Origin: Camelus ferus
Taxonomy: Eukaryota
DNA length: 64,000 bases
Direction: 5' to 3'
Assembly: GCF_009834535.1 (NCBI RefSeq)
Contig: NC_045696.1
Span: 4,776,001 to 4,840,000 of the forward strand
The position numbers and the translations under genes are program-made. Under the pieces are notes generated by a model. It was not told the DNA's origin. It saw only the letters and a list, made by a program, of their open reading frames with translations, and searched no databases. This document shows, piece by piece, positions 39,001-51,595 of this stretch (position 1 is its first letter; each line of letters opens with the position of its first letter).

Positions 39001-40199
39001 GTTCACCTGGGGAAGGGCTGAGACAGGAAAAAGTGCTGGGACTTGGAGAAGAAAAAAAGGAAGAATGAAGGCAGGGCTGGAGGCCTCATGTCCAGCTCAG
39101 TCCTCACAGCCACGACCACGGTTGTGACCCGAGTCCTGGGTTCCACTGGCCTGGGAGTCAGCCGCCGTCCCCAGTACAGACTTGGTACTGGATGATGAGC
39201 AAAGTCTCTTTTACGTCCCCTTCCCTCCTTCCTCCTCCTCTCCTCTCATCTTCTCTCTGCTCCTTTCCTTTTGTCTTCACTTTCTTTCCCTCACTATTCC
39301 AGTCATGGGACACGAGCTTATAAAGCTGACCAAGCGGACAGTGAGGGTGAGAAGTCTGTGTCCTGTGGGTTGGCTCTACCAGACATGCTTAAATGCTGCT
39401 AATGAGAAACTTTGGAGCTGTTACAAAATAAGCGAATAGCACCTTTCCTTTGAAAGCTTGAAAGAGAAGTCCTCCTAGTCAGTGAACTAGTGACAGCGAT
39501 AAACTACCGTAGTAATCAAGGATAACCAATGCACAATAGCAAGAGATCAGTGTGCAATTCTGGGCTGAATTTTAAGTTACACAGTGAAGATGTTATCCAG
39601 CTTTTACAAAGCAAACAAACAAACAATAGCAAAAAATAGGCAGAACTAGATCTCCATCTTGGTGAGCTGAAAAATCCAAAGGAAATAGAATCCTGATTAA
39701 ACCATTCAATTAAAGAGATTGATCATCAATGACTTAAAGATTGTATTAGACCTTAAAGACCTTCAATGTATTTTAATTTCAGTGATTTCTTATAGCTACC
39801 TGGAGAAGGTAACAGACTGAAAAAGTGATCTTGTGGGTAGTTTGTATCTGACAGCTCCTTGAGAGCATTGGCACCTGCTCACTGGCTTATTCTTGCTACA
39901 GCAGGAGAAACACACCTCATGTACGCATGTTAACGAGGTCTCTGATGATATCAGAAAGTGTGTGACAAAAGTAATGGAAGTTGATTTTTCAAAAATGTTT
40001 TTCCACTCTGGTCAGATGCATTAATTAGTAAGGTAGGGGGGGGGGAATTGCAGGCTTATGTTAATACTAATTTTTTTCTTAGTCTAAGTGTATCAGGCAG
40101 TAAATGGACACATGATGATGTAAACATCCCAGATGCAGGGGGAGCCTCTCAACTCAGGGAACAGCAGAGCGCTCTTTGAATTCAGCTCGGCAAACTCAT

Positions 40200-40300
40200 C
40201 AGCAGTGTGGCCTTTGGCAAATCACTCTCCAGACCGTAGTTTCCTCATCTACGAAACTAACCTAATAAATCCTCTTACTGCAGAAGTTTGTAGGTAAATA
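40200..40300 (+). mobile_element. MIR SINE fragment
   Basis: 'agcagtgtggcctttggcaaatcactctcc...gtttcctcatctacgaaa'. Confidence 0.65.
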
Positions 40301-40410
40301 AGAATTAATTAAGTAAGAATTAGCTCACCATCACTCACTCATAATTATATGCCAGTGCCTTTGTGGGTGATGCTTCGTTACAGGAAGTCCGCAGCTTCAC
40401 TGTCTGGAAT

Positions 40411-40530
40411 CAGGGGCTTTTACCCTGTTGCATGTTGCAAAGCTCTTTGGCAATCTGATGAAATCTGCAGACCCTCCCTCAGGTCAGCGCTTCTAGACGT
40501 GTAAACAAAATGCGTAGTGTTATGGACGGA
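40411..40530 (+). mobile_element. hAT-Charlie-type MITE fragment (family uncertain)
   Basis: Starts 'caggggcttttaccct' (TIR-like), then 'ctttggcaatctgatgaaatctgcagaccctccctcag...gtaaacaaaatgcgtag'. Confidence 0.45.
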
Positions 40531-40557
40531 GTCATTTATCAGGTGTTTACTAGTGTC

Positions 40558-40695
40558 TGTGGTAGACAGAGTAATGGCTCCCAAAGGTGTTCCTGTCCTA
40601 ATCCCCAGATCCTGTGACTATTTTATGTGACCTGGGAAGAAGGAATTAAGGTTGCTGATCAGACGTTTCTGACATAAGGAGATTGTCCTGGGTAT
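40558..40695 (+). mobile_element. MLT1D/E LTR 5' fragment
   Basis: 'tgtggtagacagagtaatggctcccaaaggtgttcctgtcctaatccccagatcctgtga...ggaattaaggttgctgatcag...gagattgtcctgg'. Confidence 0.8.
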
Positions 40696-41691
40696 CTGTG
40701 AATACTGCAGTTTTGCTGAATCAAAGAATCACTTTTACTGTGAGTGATGGTCAATGTTGAACCTTTGTTAATTTAGATACTCCAGTGTGACATTAAAATG
40801 TATTTTTAAGAGACAATTTTTCAAAGTCTCATTTCCTAGAGCCATAGAAACATAACTGAGTTGACATCTAATTGGTTAAAGTAACTGCTTTGAAATTACA
40901 ACTCTTATTTCTTGGTGGCATGTTTATCGTGAGGGAAAATGTGCTAATGTATTCAGAAGTAGAACTAGCATTTTTCAAATTCTGCTTGTTGTAAACCTCT
41001 ACTTTCAATAAAAGGAGAAACATTTCAGGAAGGGTTCAAAAGTAGCCATTGCTAAATAGCCCTCATTACTCCAATGCTGGAAGACTGGCCATAGGGAGGA
41101 GTTCAGGGTCATTTGCACACATGAAGATGAGCAAAAGCCAACACAGCACTGAAGCCAGAACACAGAACACTGTCTCCAAGTACTTCTTCCAGACTAGGTC
41201 TTGAGTCTTCAGTGATAGGGAATGACCTGACTTCTTCAATAAAAATGCAGGAATACACAGTCCATGAAAATAAATCCAAGTCTTGATTCCGAAAATAAAA
41301 GATGAGTCAGATCAAGAGTGACTGAGACTTTTCCATCCCTTGCTTATCACGTCACAAATATTTAGGATCCCAAAAAAGCCTTCTTTGGAATGCAGTGCCA
41401 GCAAATGGATTTCTCCTCTCTTATGGGCAACTAGCTCAAACCTCCATTGCTTATTTTTCCTGCATATCTTAACCTGAGACTAGCCAAAGCTCTGCAAAGA
41501 TAGACTCTTTAGGATTCCACAGGTCAGATATCAAGTTGAAAGTCTTAGATTGTGCAGTTGCAATGAATTTTGAGGATGAAGTAAATTGTAAATTTTGAAC
41601 TTAAGGAGACCTTCATGATAGACCTTGAACCTGGCTACCATTTTTCAGAATCACTTGTTTCACTGAGTCTGGGCCAAATGGACCTGACTTA

Positions 41692-41888
41692 TGTTAGGGT
41701 TGAATTATGTCCCCTCACCAGTTCACATGTTGAAGTCCTAACCCCCAGGACCTCAGAATGTGAACTTATTTGGAAATAGGATCATTGCAGATGTCATTAG
41801 TTACATTAAAGTGAGGCCATACTGGGGTAGGGTAGGACCCTAATCCAGAATGACTGGTGTCCTTATAAAATGGGGACATTTGGGTTCA

Positions 41889-41941
<53 letters not shown>

Positions 41942-42143
41942 GTCAAGACTGGAGTTATGCTGCCACAAGCCAAGGAACTAGCAGACCCCGGAGAGAGGCC
42001 TAGAACAACACAGCCTTCCCTAGAGACTTCCGAGGGAGCACAGCCCTCCTGACATCTTGACCTCTGACTTCTAGCCTCCAGAACTGCTGCTTAAGCCACT
42101 CTGTTTGCAGCACTACACTGTTCCGGCATTCCTAGCACTGACA
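41692..42143 (+). mobile_element. MaLR solo LTR (MLT1B/C)
   Basis: 'tgttagggttgaattatgtcccc...atgttgaagtcctaacccccaggacctcagaatgtgaacttatttggaaatagg...gccacaagccaaggaa...gacttctagcctccagaactg'. Confidence 0.92.
41891..41938. repeat. (CA)24 perfect microsatellite
   Basis: Uninterrupted CA run, read directly. Confidence 0.98.
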
Positions 42144-43293
42144 TCACTCCTTTAACGTGCTCCAGACCAGTTTCATCACTCAGCCAGTTCCGACACTAGG
42201 CATATCATCCTATAAAAAGCAGGAGAGGCATGGCGTCTGGTAGCGAATTCCAACATCTGTATTAGTCATTTTGCTTGTCTAGATCTCAAGTTTTTTCAGC
42301 TGCTAATTGAGGAGGTTTAGCTTTTCTGAAATCTTTCCAGTTGCCTGCCCCTAAGGGCAATGTAACATAAAACCCCAGAGGGTTTGGGATTTGCCCAAAG
42401 CAGCCTGATATTAGCTGAAACCATCTGTGAAAGTTGTATTAAGTCTTGAAAATTCATGTGGATTTTTATTCTTTGTCACATTATATGTGTTTGGTTTAAT
42501 AACAAATAATATTTGGAATCACTTATTATTACATGACAATGAAGCTTTGGTATTATGGACTGTGCTTATACCCTGGATTCATATCCTGTCACCCAATTAC
42601 CAGTACCTCTGTTTGGGAACTGTGGGGCTGCATTGCCTCTGGTCTCTTCCAGCTCTAAAATCTTGGGCTCCAAGGGCTGTGTCATCCATATATGGGTGAC
42701 ATCAAAGACCAGATTGTGTCTCTGTGCATGAGTGCCCAAGATGACTCTTTGTGGATGCCAAAATGCCCACTTCCAGAATAAGTTAATATAAATTAAAATA
42801 CCATTTGTAGAAATATTTCACTGGGTTGTGAGAAAAATATGTCTACGTGGTATATGCAGGGGGCCAGCTCCCCACTAAGGCACTTTGATCATGAACAGTT
42901 GCTTAAGGGATCCTTTTATTGTATGTGTAAGAACTGCTGACAATCAGGAAAAATGCCTGATGTAGATTCTGTAATCATATACCACTGCCTTCTCTGCTGA
43001 AGTAACCTGTGGGCCAAGTCACTTATAAGCAGAGTCTGCTGCCCAGCCTCATGCCTGCTGTGAGGGAAGAGCTCCCATAGGGCTGCACATAGCCATTGGC
43101 CCTGCTTATCACTTGGCAGTTGGCCTCTCAACCTGGCAAGTTTCCTACTCTGTAAAACTGGGGAAAGAATCCATCATGGATCCTACTGTACAGATGAAAT
43201 AAGACAATGCATCTCAAATATGTTTTATAAATTCAAATATACTGTATGGATGTCGGGAATTATTATTTGGTGCATTTCTAAATAAAACCTATA

Positions 43294-43425
43294 GGTGTAG
43301 CTCAGTGGTGGAGCATGTGTTTAGCATGCACAGGGTCCTGGGTTCAACTCCCAGTACCTCCATTAAAAAAATAAATAAATAAACCTAATTGCCTCCCTCC
43401 CCCAAAAAACAAAGAAAGAAAGGAA
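43294..43425 (+). mobile_element. tRNA-Ala-derived SINE (Vic-1 type)
   Basis: 'ggtgtagctcagtggtggagcatgtgtttagcatgcacagggtcctgggttcaactcccagtacctcca' plus tail 'ttaaaaaaataaataaataaacctaattgcctccctccccc' and an A-rich end. Confidence 0.9.
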
Positions 43426-44014
43426 AATTTACACAAAACCAAAAGACATTGATGGGGCTACCAATGGGGCTGATACGTCTTGTGTTGAGGAAGAGTTCAC
43501 TCTGTGGTGAACTTAAGCTAGGAGGATGAGACATGGAGAAGCAGATTCTCAAGGCTTCAATTCATGGAAACATTTTCAGGGAAAATAAGAGTAACTTCAT
43601 GATAAGACTGAAGCTGTTTAGTGGCCTGTAGGTAGAGGGTCAACAGCTGTTAAATACACTTTTCAATACAGTGGGGTATGACCAGTCATCTCCCAAAGTA
43701 TGCAGTGAGTTCGTATTGTTGAAGAACCAGCAAGACTGTCAGTGTAACTCCACAGGGTGATGCAGTGTATTAAAGGGTAAAATCAAGTGAACAACAACAG
43801 AAGGATGGGGGGGTTGGTTGCTGGTCAATATAGGTTAGATACTAGGCTTTGATGTTGATAGCATCCTACTCCAATCCAATTTGAATTTAGCTACTATGGA
43901 AAAAGAAAGGAAAGATCTAGTCTCTTGATCACGTGGAGGTGACCTTAATTAATGGTCACCTGCAAAGCCCGCTGGTGAATACGGCATGCATATCTTTAGA
44001 ATAAACATGTGGTG

Positions 44015-44570
44015 TGATGTCCCAGGAGGGTTGGGGCTTTATGCCAATATGTTGGATGCCCTGTGTGCAGGGGACTGCTGTAGACATTAGCTATATAGTA
44101 GTAGACAAAAACAAAAGACAGATATCCCCGTTCTGATGGAGGTCTCATTCCAAAGTCGGGAGATAGATAAATAATCATGTATTAGTAGCTGATGATCAAT
44201 GCCCACAAGTAAAGGAAAGCAAGGTACAGGGTCAGGGAGTGATGGACAGGGCACCATTTTAAAGGAACTGGTCAGGTAAGACTGTAAAAATGAGGGAGTG
44301 AGGGTATGGAGCCGATGGAAAGGAGGGGGGGTCTAGGGAGAAGGAGGAGCAGGTGCGGGAACCCGGCTGCCACAGTTGTGCACCTGGAAATTCAGGACTT
44401 CAGAGGCAGGTCAGTGTCGCTGAAGGTGAGAAGGTAGGAAGAAGAGAAGAGAAGAGAAGAGAATAGAGGAGACCTGAGTGTTGGAGAGCAGGTCATGAAA
44501 AGTCCCGTGAGGACTCTGGGCTTTATTCTGAGCGAGATGGGAATCATTTAAGGAGCCTACAGAAGGCAAG
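44015..44570 (-). mobile_element. L2 LINE fragment
   Basis: 'acaaaagacagatatccccgttctgatggaggtctcattcc...agataaataa...aggactctgggctttattctgagcgagatgggaatcattta'. Confidence 0.75.
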
Positions 44571-45252
44571 TGGAAGGGGGAGGCAGACATTATCTCTGCT
44601 CTTACCTTGTATCTGCCCCTCTGTCTCCGCCCAGCCCTGGCCACTGGGGCCCCTCTTCTCTCTCAGGGCTGGTGAGCTGAGGAACTGTGTTGGCTTCCTG
44701 AAAGCAGAGTTTCCAGAATGTTCATGCTTTAAACCATCCCGAAGATTACTTTTCCGTCATTCAACCCCCGCCCTGGAATCCTTTGGGGCTGTGGAACCTC
44801 AAAGGTTCTTGCTTGCTCTTCTGTTGATTTCTATAGATTCATAGGTTTCTTATCTTTAGAAGTATTCTGAAGATTCTTAAATGAGAACTCATCTTTAAAA
44901 TTCACATTTCCATTTGCACACAGAAGACACATAACAAAACTTCATTGCCTTGCAACAGAATAGTAAGCTTAATGCTCTTTTAAAAATGTATTCTCATGAG
45001 AAAAGAGGCAATTCACAGATGACCTCAGTGAGAATAAAATCAGTACATTCTCAGCGGAGAGTTTTTATATATCACAATGAATAAAAATAGAGAGTGTAAT
45101 TTTTAAAAAGGGAGGACTCAAGAATTAAGTTGGAAAGGAAAGCAGAAATATGCAACTCACAGGATTAATACTAAATATAGCAACATACTTGTAGAAACTC
45201 ATTGTTTGCCCTTGTCTTCTGAGACAGAAGTAATAATTTTATACAAAGAGAA

Positions 45253-45417
45253 AGGGTTGTCAGATTAAATTAGGACACTCAGTAACAATAAATAATGTTA
45301 GCATATTGATATCCCAAATATTGCATGGGGCATACTTACACTAAAAACTACCCATTGCTTATCAGAAATTCAGATTTAACTGGTATCCGGTATTGTTAAC
45401 TAAATCTGCCAAACCTA
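45253..45417 (+). mobile_element. MER53 (palindromic hAT MITE)
   Basis: TIRs 'agggttgtcagatt' and 'aatctgccaaacct'; centre 'atcccaaatattgcatggggcatacttacactaaaaa...atcagaaattcagatttaactgg'. Confidence 0.85.
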
Positions 45418-45489
45418 CAAAGAAGAGACTATTGACCATCATCTCTAGGCTATGAGAAGGGAGTGGTTTTTGCCGTAGCAGAGGGAGAG

Positions 45490-45930
45490 TGTGTTGAGTA
45501 TCCCTGCATCCACCATCCTCTTTGACCTTGCCTTGTTTGTAAAGAGTGGCCTTGGCTGCACGCCTTCTACATGCTTCTCCAGGTCTACTCTCTCACCTGT
45601 CTCTGCGCTGCTCTGGGCCCCTGGAGGCTGGACACATCAATGGGCTCCATGGTTACCTGGCTTCCTGTTGGATTCAGCTCCTGGGAGGCACCAGCAGGAG
45701 ACCTGAGAGCAGGAGAAGAGCTTGGTTGGGGTGTTTATTTTGTTTCACTGGCTCCTTCCTTGCCAGGTTGTGGATCCTGTCAGGCTCCCGTTAACCCTTT
45801 GGTCCTTGAGGAGATAACAGCTTTGAGCTGCTCTCGGCCCTGGACTCTGACTGCCTTTGTCCATCATCCCTTTTTAGATTCTTCTCAGAGTACTGGGCTG
45901 GAGGGCCCATCTCTTCCCCTGCTGGACCCT
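45490..45930 (+). mobile_element. ERVL solo LTR (LTR33/LTR16-like)
   Basis: 'ctgctctgggcccctggaggctg...catcaatgggctcc...ctggcttcctgttggattcag...tgggaggcaccagcaggagacctgagagcaggagaagag...ggggtgtttatt'. Confidence 0.7.
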
Positions 45931-47619
45931 CGTACAGCGAGGTGTGTGATAGATATCCGGTATCAATGGTGTGATCTGTGACCAGGACAGCATGAGTTAG
46001 AAAGAAGAAAAGGCTGGAAGAGAAAACGACAGAGCTGGCGTTCTGGCTGTGCCCTTCGGATGGCGAGGTCTTGACGGGCACGTGATTGCCCATGTGAAGT
46101 GGACATCTAGTCCTGAAAGATTCCTGGAAGGAATGAATGGAAGTGGGAGTCTTCATCAGCCAGAAAAAATTTAGAAAATAACCTCTATGTAAATAAGAAA
46201 TGTATCACTCAAATGAATGCCTGTGTCCCCCATAAAACAAGACCATGAAGCCTATGTTTATAGAAGGTATGCATTTAAGGAGATCTCTTCAGAAAATTTA
46301 GAAATCAGAATATTTAGTAAGTGAGAGAGAAAAACTAAGTTGTCTTGTGACACGCCTTCCTGCTGTCTCCGCCCCCCCTGCTCCTCCCTCCCAGCGCTGT
46401 TGGGGGTCTCTTCTCAAAGAACGGTGCTCAGCCCTTCACCTCCAGCCCAGAAACCTGGATGATTCCTTTCTGTGCATCTAGTAGGTTTTCAAGAAGTACT
46501 TGCTAAATTTAACTGCATTTCTGCTCCTTTGACCCAGTTGTCTTAGATGTGATTGGGAGAGAAGTGACAGCAGAATAAGTTAAAATCCCTAATTATTTCT
46601 CTGAACTCTTGCAAAGATTTGGCAGACGTATTGACCGTGGCCTGTCCCACACAGTAAAGAAGACAAACACCTTGCCAGTGGGTGGCTTCTTAATTAAGAC
46701 CTGGGATCTTTCACTTAAAGTTGGCCCAGATTGAAAGGTTCCAGCTGCCATCATCCAATATGCTTTGGAGATCCAGGTTTTTTGTTTCTTTTAATTTGAA
46801 TATTGGAGCAAGGTGGTAGAAGGCAGGAGAGAAATGAGTGAAGAGATTGGCTGTTCTTGTCAAAACTCTTCAACCTTGATAAACGCTGTGGCTGGAATCA
46901 CTTGTGTGTTGAGTTAGCTCTCCATGTCTTACATGTTGTGTTTTACATCATTGTACTAAGACCACACAGACAGATAGAATCGTTTGTTCTCAGTCCTTTA
47001 TAGTTTGTAAGTATTCATACGCTTATCTCAATGTAGTCTGTTTTCTAGCTTAGGTAAATTTAGGTGATTTTACTTAATACTGAGTTAATAATCTGGTTTA
47101 TTCCCAGATAATTTTTCCAGGGGTTGTTACCCGACCTCTGTGATGTATGTAAAGCTCCGGCTCTCTTACTTACTCAGGAGCGGCTGCAAGTCATGTTGCT
47201 GTAATGAGGAACTCTCTTGTGTTCTAGTTGCTCTCCCCTGGTGCATGGCTTCAGGAATTCCGTGCATTCTAGAGTTCTATTTGAGAATTACAGTAGTGTT
47301 TATTCCCATTTTAATATTTGCTACCTTTCTCATATATTGGTGATGGATACATACATAAAATATTATATATTATATGTATGTATAATCTTAAGGTGTAGTT
47401 CTTGTAGATCTGCTTACAAATTCTGAACAATGGTAGATACTTGTTCATTGATAATCTCACTGACTTATCTATCGTTTTTTCTTCCACTCTTACAGAAAAT
47501 GTGTCCAAAACACCCTTATGTAAAAGAAAGAGAAGGCAAGACCCCCTGTCTTTGGACTCCCTACCCTGGGCCAGTCATTATGTTCGGTTCTTTACATGCA
47601 TTACTCTGTTTAGCCTTCC

Positions 47620-47940
47620 CAGCAGTCTTGTAGAGCAGGTGGTGTTATCCCCAATTTCTGATGAACAGACTAAGGCTTAAGCTTTCCAAGGGCACTGAGC
47701 GAGGGACGCTAGTGTCAGAACATGCATACGAAATGGCAGTAGTGAGCCTTGTGATGATGATGGCTGACTGTCCCTGAATACCCGCTGTGAAGCAGGCACT
47801 GTGTTGAGCATTTAGGCTAGTGATAAAAAGTAAATGTAATTATTAATCCTATTTTACAAATGAAGAAACTGAGACTAAGCAAGGTTAAGTCCCAGGTCGA
47901 ATTTAAGCCCAGATCTATTGACAGAGCCCATGTCTTTACC
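47620..47940 (-). mobile_element. Two adjacent MIR fragments
   Basis: 'atccccaatttctgatgaacagactaaggct' and 'cctattttacaaatgaagaaactgagactaagcaaggttaagt...atttaagcccagatct'. Confidence 0.75.
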
Positions 47941-48994
47941 CTAGATTTTGTGGCCTTTGAGGTGTTCAACTTTTATGAGTATATTGGGAGAACCATCAAG
48001 GATATACTCCTTTGGAAATCTAATACTTCACATTTCACGACTGCAATGGTTTGAAAATTCATGGCCCTTTGACAGACCATGTTAGTCTTTCCCAATGTTA
48101 GCTGGAAATGCAAGTTAGAAATAAGCTTCTCTTTGATGACACAAAGCTATGCCAAGGCAAATGTATATACCTGATTTTTATGGAACGCAAATATCCTAAT
48201 TATCTTTAAATCTGAGTTCCTTGGAACAGGAGTGCAATGTTGAATTTTTGTTGAGAGGAAAGTGACATATATAGTAAATGCTAATTGTAGAAAATTTGAA
48301 AGCGTGCTCTGAATCATTTATATTTATTCAGTCAAGGAGAATAAATTGGTTAAATGCTTGCTGGAGAATGACCAGTTGAAAGTATACCATTGAAACGATT
48401 TCTGGTGCGCTCCCATGTCAAGGGGATGATTGCCTTCTAATGAAAACATTTACTCTTACCTTCTGGCCGTGGGATGCTACACAGTCTAGGCTTTGCTGTT
48501 GTGGCTCTCTCATTTATGTTTCTGTGATGTCTTTCTGTGGGTTTCTGCTTAATCTCTGTTAAGCCATGTGAAGCCAATGGACGTGGGAGCCCTGTCCTGT
48601 GCCTGTCTGAGAGTCCTACCCTGTTCAGGTGGTGAAGGGGGCCCTTTCTGGTCTCCTGTGGCAGGGCGAGAAGGAAAGATACATCTTGCTGTTAAAAGAC
48701 ACATAATCAGAGGTAAGGGATCAGAAAAAGTGGAAGTCATCTGCTCTGGGGGGTGGGTGGAAAGTGAGCCTTGTGCTCAACTATTTCCTTTCTCTTATTT
48801 TTATGTACTTGGCCTTCAGTGACCTACATTACAATTCAAGGAAACACAAATCCAAAGTGAACCAGTTTCTTAATTTCAGTGGAGCTTATCTTCATCATGT
48901 ATAATATATACCTAATAATATAGGCATCATAAAGTAGAATTTACTAAAACTCTGAAGCTCTGGAATGACATTCCCCTAAAATAATGAAAGAACT

Positions 48995-49925
48995 TGATTT
49001 ATTCAAGAGATATTTATTGAGTGCCTATGATACGCGTCACTGTTCTAGGTGTCTGGGATACTTCAGTGAACAAAACTGACAAAAATCTCCCTTAATGGGA
49101 CTTCTGTTGTGGGGAGGGGTATTAAACACCATTCACATGGTGGAGAGGGTAGAGGTCAGTGGTAGAACACATGCTTAGCATGCACAAGGTCCTAGCTTCG
49201 GTGCCTAGTACCTCCATTAAAAAATTAATAAACCCAATTACCCCCCCCCCCAAAATCTACTTAAACATCATTAATATACTAATCATGTCATATATTAGAT
49301 GGTGATAAGCACTGTGGGTGAAAGAAACCTGGAAACAGGGAAAGAATAATGGTGTGTCAGGCAGCAGGTCTAAATAGGGGCTGGTGGTTGAAATGGGCCT
49401 CGCTGAGAAGGTGGCATTTGAGGAGACACACAAGGAAAGAGGTGTCTGGTGAAATGTATTTGGGGCAAGAGCTTTCCCAGCAGAGAGAAACGCAGAGGTC
49501 TTAGGGCGAGGGCCTGACTGGAGTGTTGATGAATGAGGTGGGGGGTGGAGCTGCAGGCTTCTCAGAGAGGAAACGGGGAGCCCAGGGCAGTGCTCCCCGT
49601 AGGATCTCTGTGGTGTGTGGAGACACTGCAGGAATTTCAGCAGAGGATCTGACTTCTGTTTTAGAAACTTCAGTGGCTACTGAGTTGAGAAAAGACAAGT
49701 TGAGGGGCGCGAATGATGTCTCAAGACTAGAAAGAGGGAGACCCATGTGCAGGCTTTTGCAGGAGTCACAGCAGTAAATGACCGTGTGACAGTGGGTGAC
49801 AGCAGTGGAGGTAGGTGGAAGGGATCCAGATCTGGATCTGTTTTGCAGGTAGAGTGAACGGAACTTGTTGGTGACCTGGATGTGAGATACGAACAAAAGA
49901 AAGCAATTAACAGTAACTCCCTGAT
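48995..49925 (-). mobile_element. L2 LINE, interrupted by a Vic-1 SINE
   Basis: 'ttattcaagagatatttattgagtgcctatg...cactgttctaggtgtctgggatacttcagtgaacaaaac...ctgagaaggtggcatttgag...ggatctgttttgcaggtagagtgaacggaacttgttggtgacctggatgtg'. Confidence 0.88.
49139..49260 (+). mobile_element. tRNA-Ala-derived SINE (Vic-1 type), more diverged
   Basis: 'ggtagaggtcagtggtagaacacatgcttagcatgcacaaggtcctagcttcggtgcctagtacctcca' plus tail 'aataaacccaattacccc'; flanked by a degraded direct repeat (49122-49138 / 49261-49277). Confidence 0.85.
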
Positions 49926-51595
49926 GTTTTACATCACTACTATCAAAATGCAAAATAGATTTTTCACTAGAAGATATTTATTCTTGTAAAGAAAATTACA
50001 TTCAAAATGTACACAATCCCAAGAGGATGGCAAAGAGTATGGAGCCCAGAGGACAATAAAGAAAGGAAATTAACATCGGAACCACAAGCTACCACCAGGA
50101 GTACCAGGTACCACTGGCAGTAGTTCATTCACTCCATACAACCTCCCTGTGATGTCCAGGTGGGAGGATTACTTGTGGTTTGAATTCGAAGATTCCAGGC
50201 AGAGCTCTCCAGATCCTTTTTCAGTAATTAGGTGGAAGTAACGCTAGGGCAGTCAGAGGGAGGAGGGGTCCCAGCACATCCCTGCCCTCACCCTTCTCTC
50301 ACCTCCACCTGGCACTTCTGACCAGGGAGCAGAGCGTATGATGATGGGACTCAAAGTAGGAAAGGACTAAGCATTAAGATTGATGTAACGCTGCTCCACT
50401 GTATGAACATGATAAGTGGAAAATAAAAATGTCCAGACTCCAGTAGCAGATTCAGTTTTTAAAAAACGAGCTACATTTATCATGAACAGTACTCTTCTCA
50501 GCAAATCAGACAGACCTCCAAAGGTTCACATTGTGTCCTGGCTAAAACAATGTATCTTTCATCTTTATTTCCATTTCTAAAATTTAGGAAATGGAAGGTT
50601 TCTTTTTTTCCTTTGTGCATATTTTATAGCATTACTTTTTAAAAAAGGACATAGTGGCCCATAGTTTCTGACTATCAATTACACACGAGTCTAGCATAGT
50701 GTGGTAAATCTCATATAGTATTCTTTACACATAGCTGGTGAATCCCCGTGAACTTTGTTTCAAATCTCTGTGCACTCTCCTGAAAGGGTCTTTTTTTGCC
50801 TTTTGCTGGGGAAATATCTAGAATTTAAATTATGTCTGCTGAGGATGATTCTGGAAATGAAACTGAGGGAAAATAAATCATTTTATAAATCTTTGGATGA
50901 GCGTAGGAGTTAGAGCAGAGAATAGTACAATTAAGGTTTTCCTTTCTACTCTTCAGGGTACAATCAGGATGATTCTGTCTCCCTCCCAAGTTAGAGGTTT
51001 CCAGCTGTCATCCTTGAAGGGCTCTCTCTTCAGAATGGCATCCTGAGTAGGATAACTGAGGTTTACTCCCTTCTCTTTGGGGTGGGTGGCTTTCTCGAAC
51101 TCTTCCTGATGTGCGTGTGTTATTCGGTGTCCATGAAGCCAGAAAAGGATAAAAAGCTTATTCCTCCCCCTCAAATGCAGAGCAGAGTCAGACTTCAGAG
51201 CTGAAGGTTTTCTTTATCCCAACTGTCAGACAGTCTGATGCTGAAAGAGAACGCTGGACATGACTGAGTCTTCCAGTGGAAGTTAATGGAGACCAAAGAC
51301 AGTCCTCCTGTGTCCCCAGCATGGGGAGGAGCTGTGACCTCCACCGAGATGTCTCAGACCCTTTGGCTCCATTTCAGCTGCCTCACCTCTCCGTGTGGAA
51401 ACAGGAGGGCTGGCGGGAGGGAGGGCTTTGCCGTGGGTGCTGGGACTCACAGTGCATTTGTGTGTGTCTACTACAGCCCGCCAGCCACTGCTGCCATTCT
51501 AGGTGCGGAGGATGGAGAGGCGAATGCCCTTATGGAGTTCTGGATAAGTTCACGGAGAGCTGAAGCATCAACAGAAAGGTTTTGATTAATCAAGA

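Noticed and set aside
39900..40010. Peptide ...VMEVDFSKMF resembling the CR1/L3 RT motif 'YLDFSKAF'
   Set aside because: Similarity covers only four residues and cannot be supported without an HMM search.
43294..43362. tRNA-Ala(AGC)-like gene (also at 13914 and 49139)
   Set aside because: Mismatched or truncated stems, SINE-type tails and three diverged copies show these are SINE heads, not tRNA genes.
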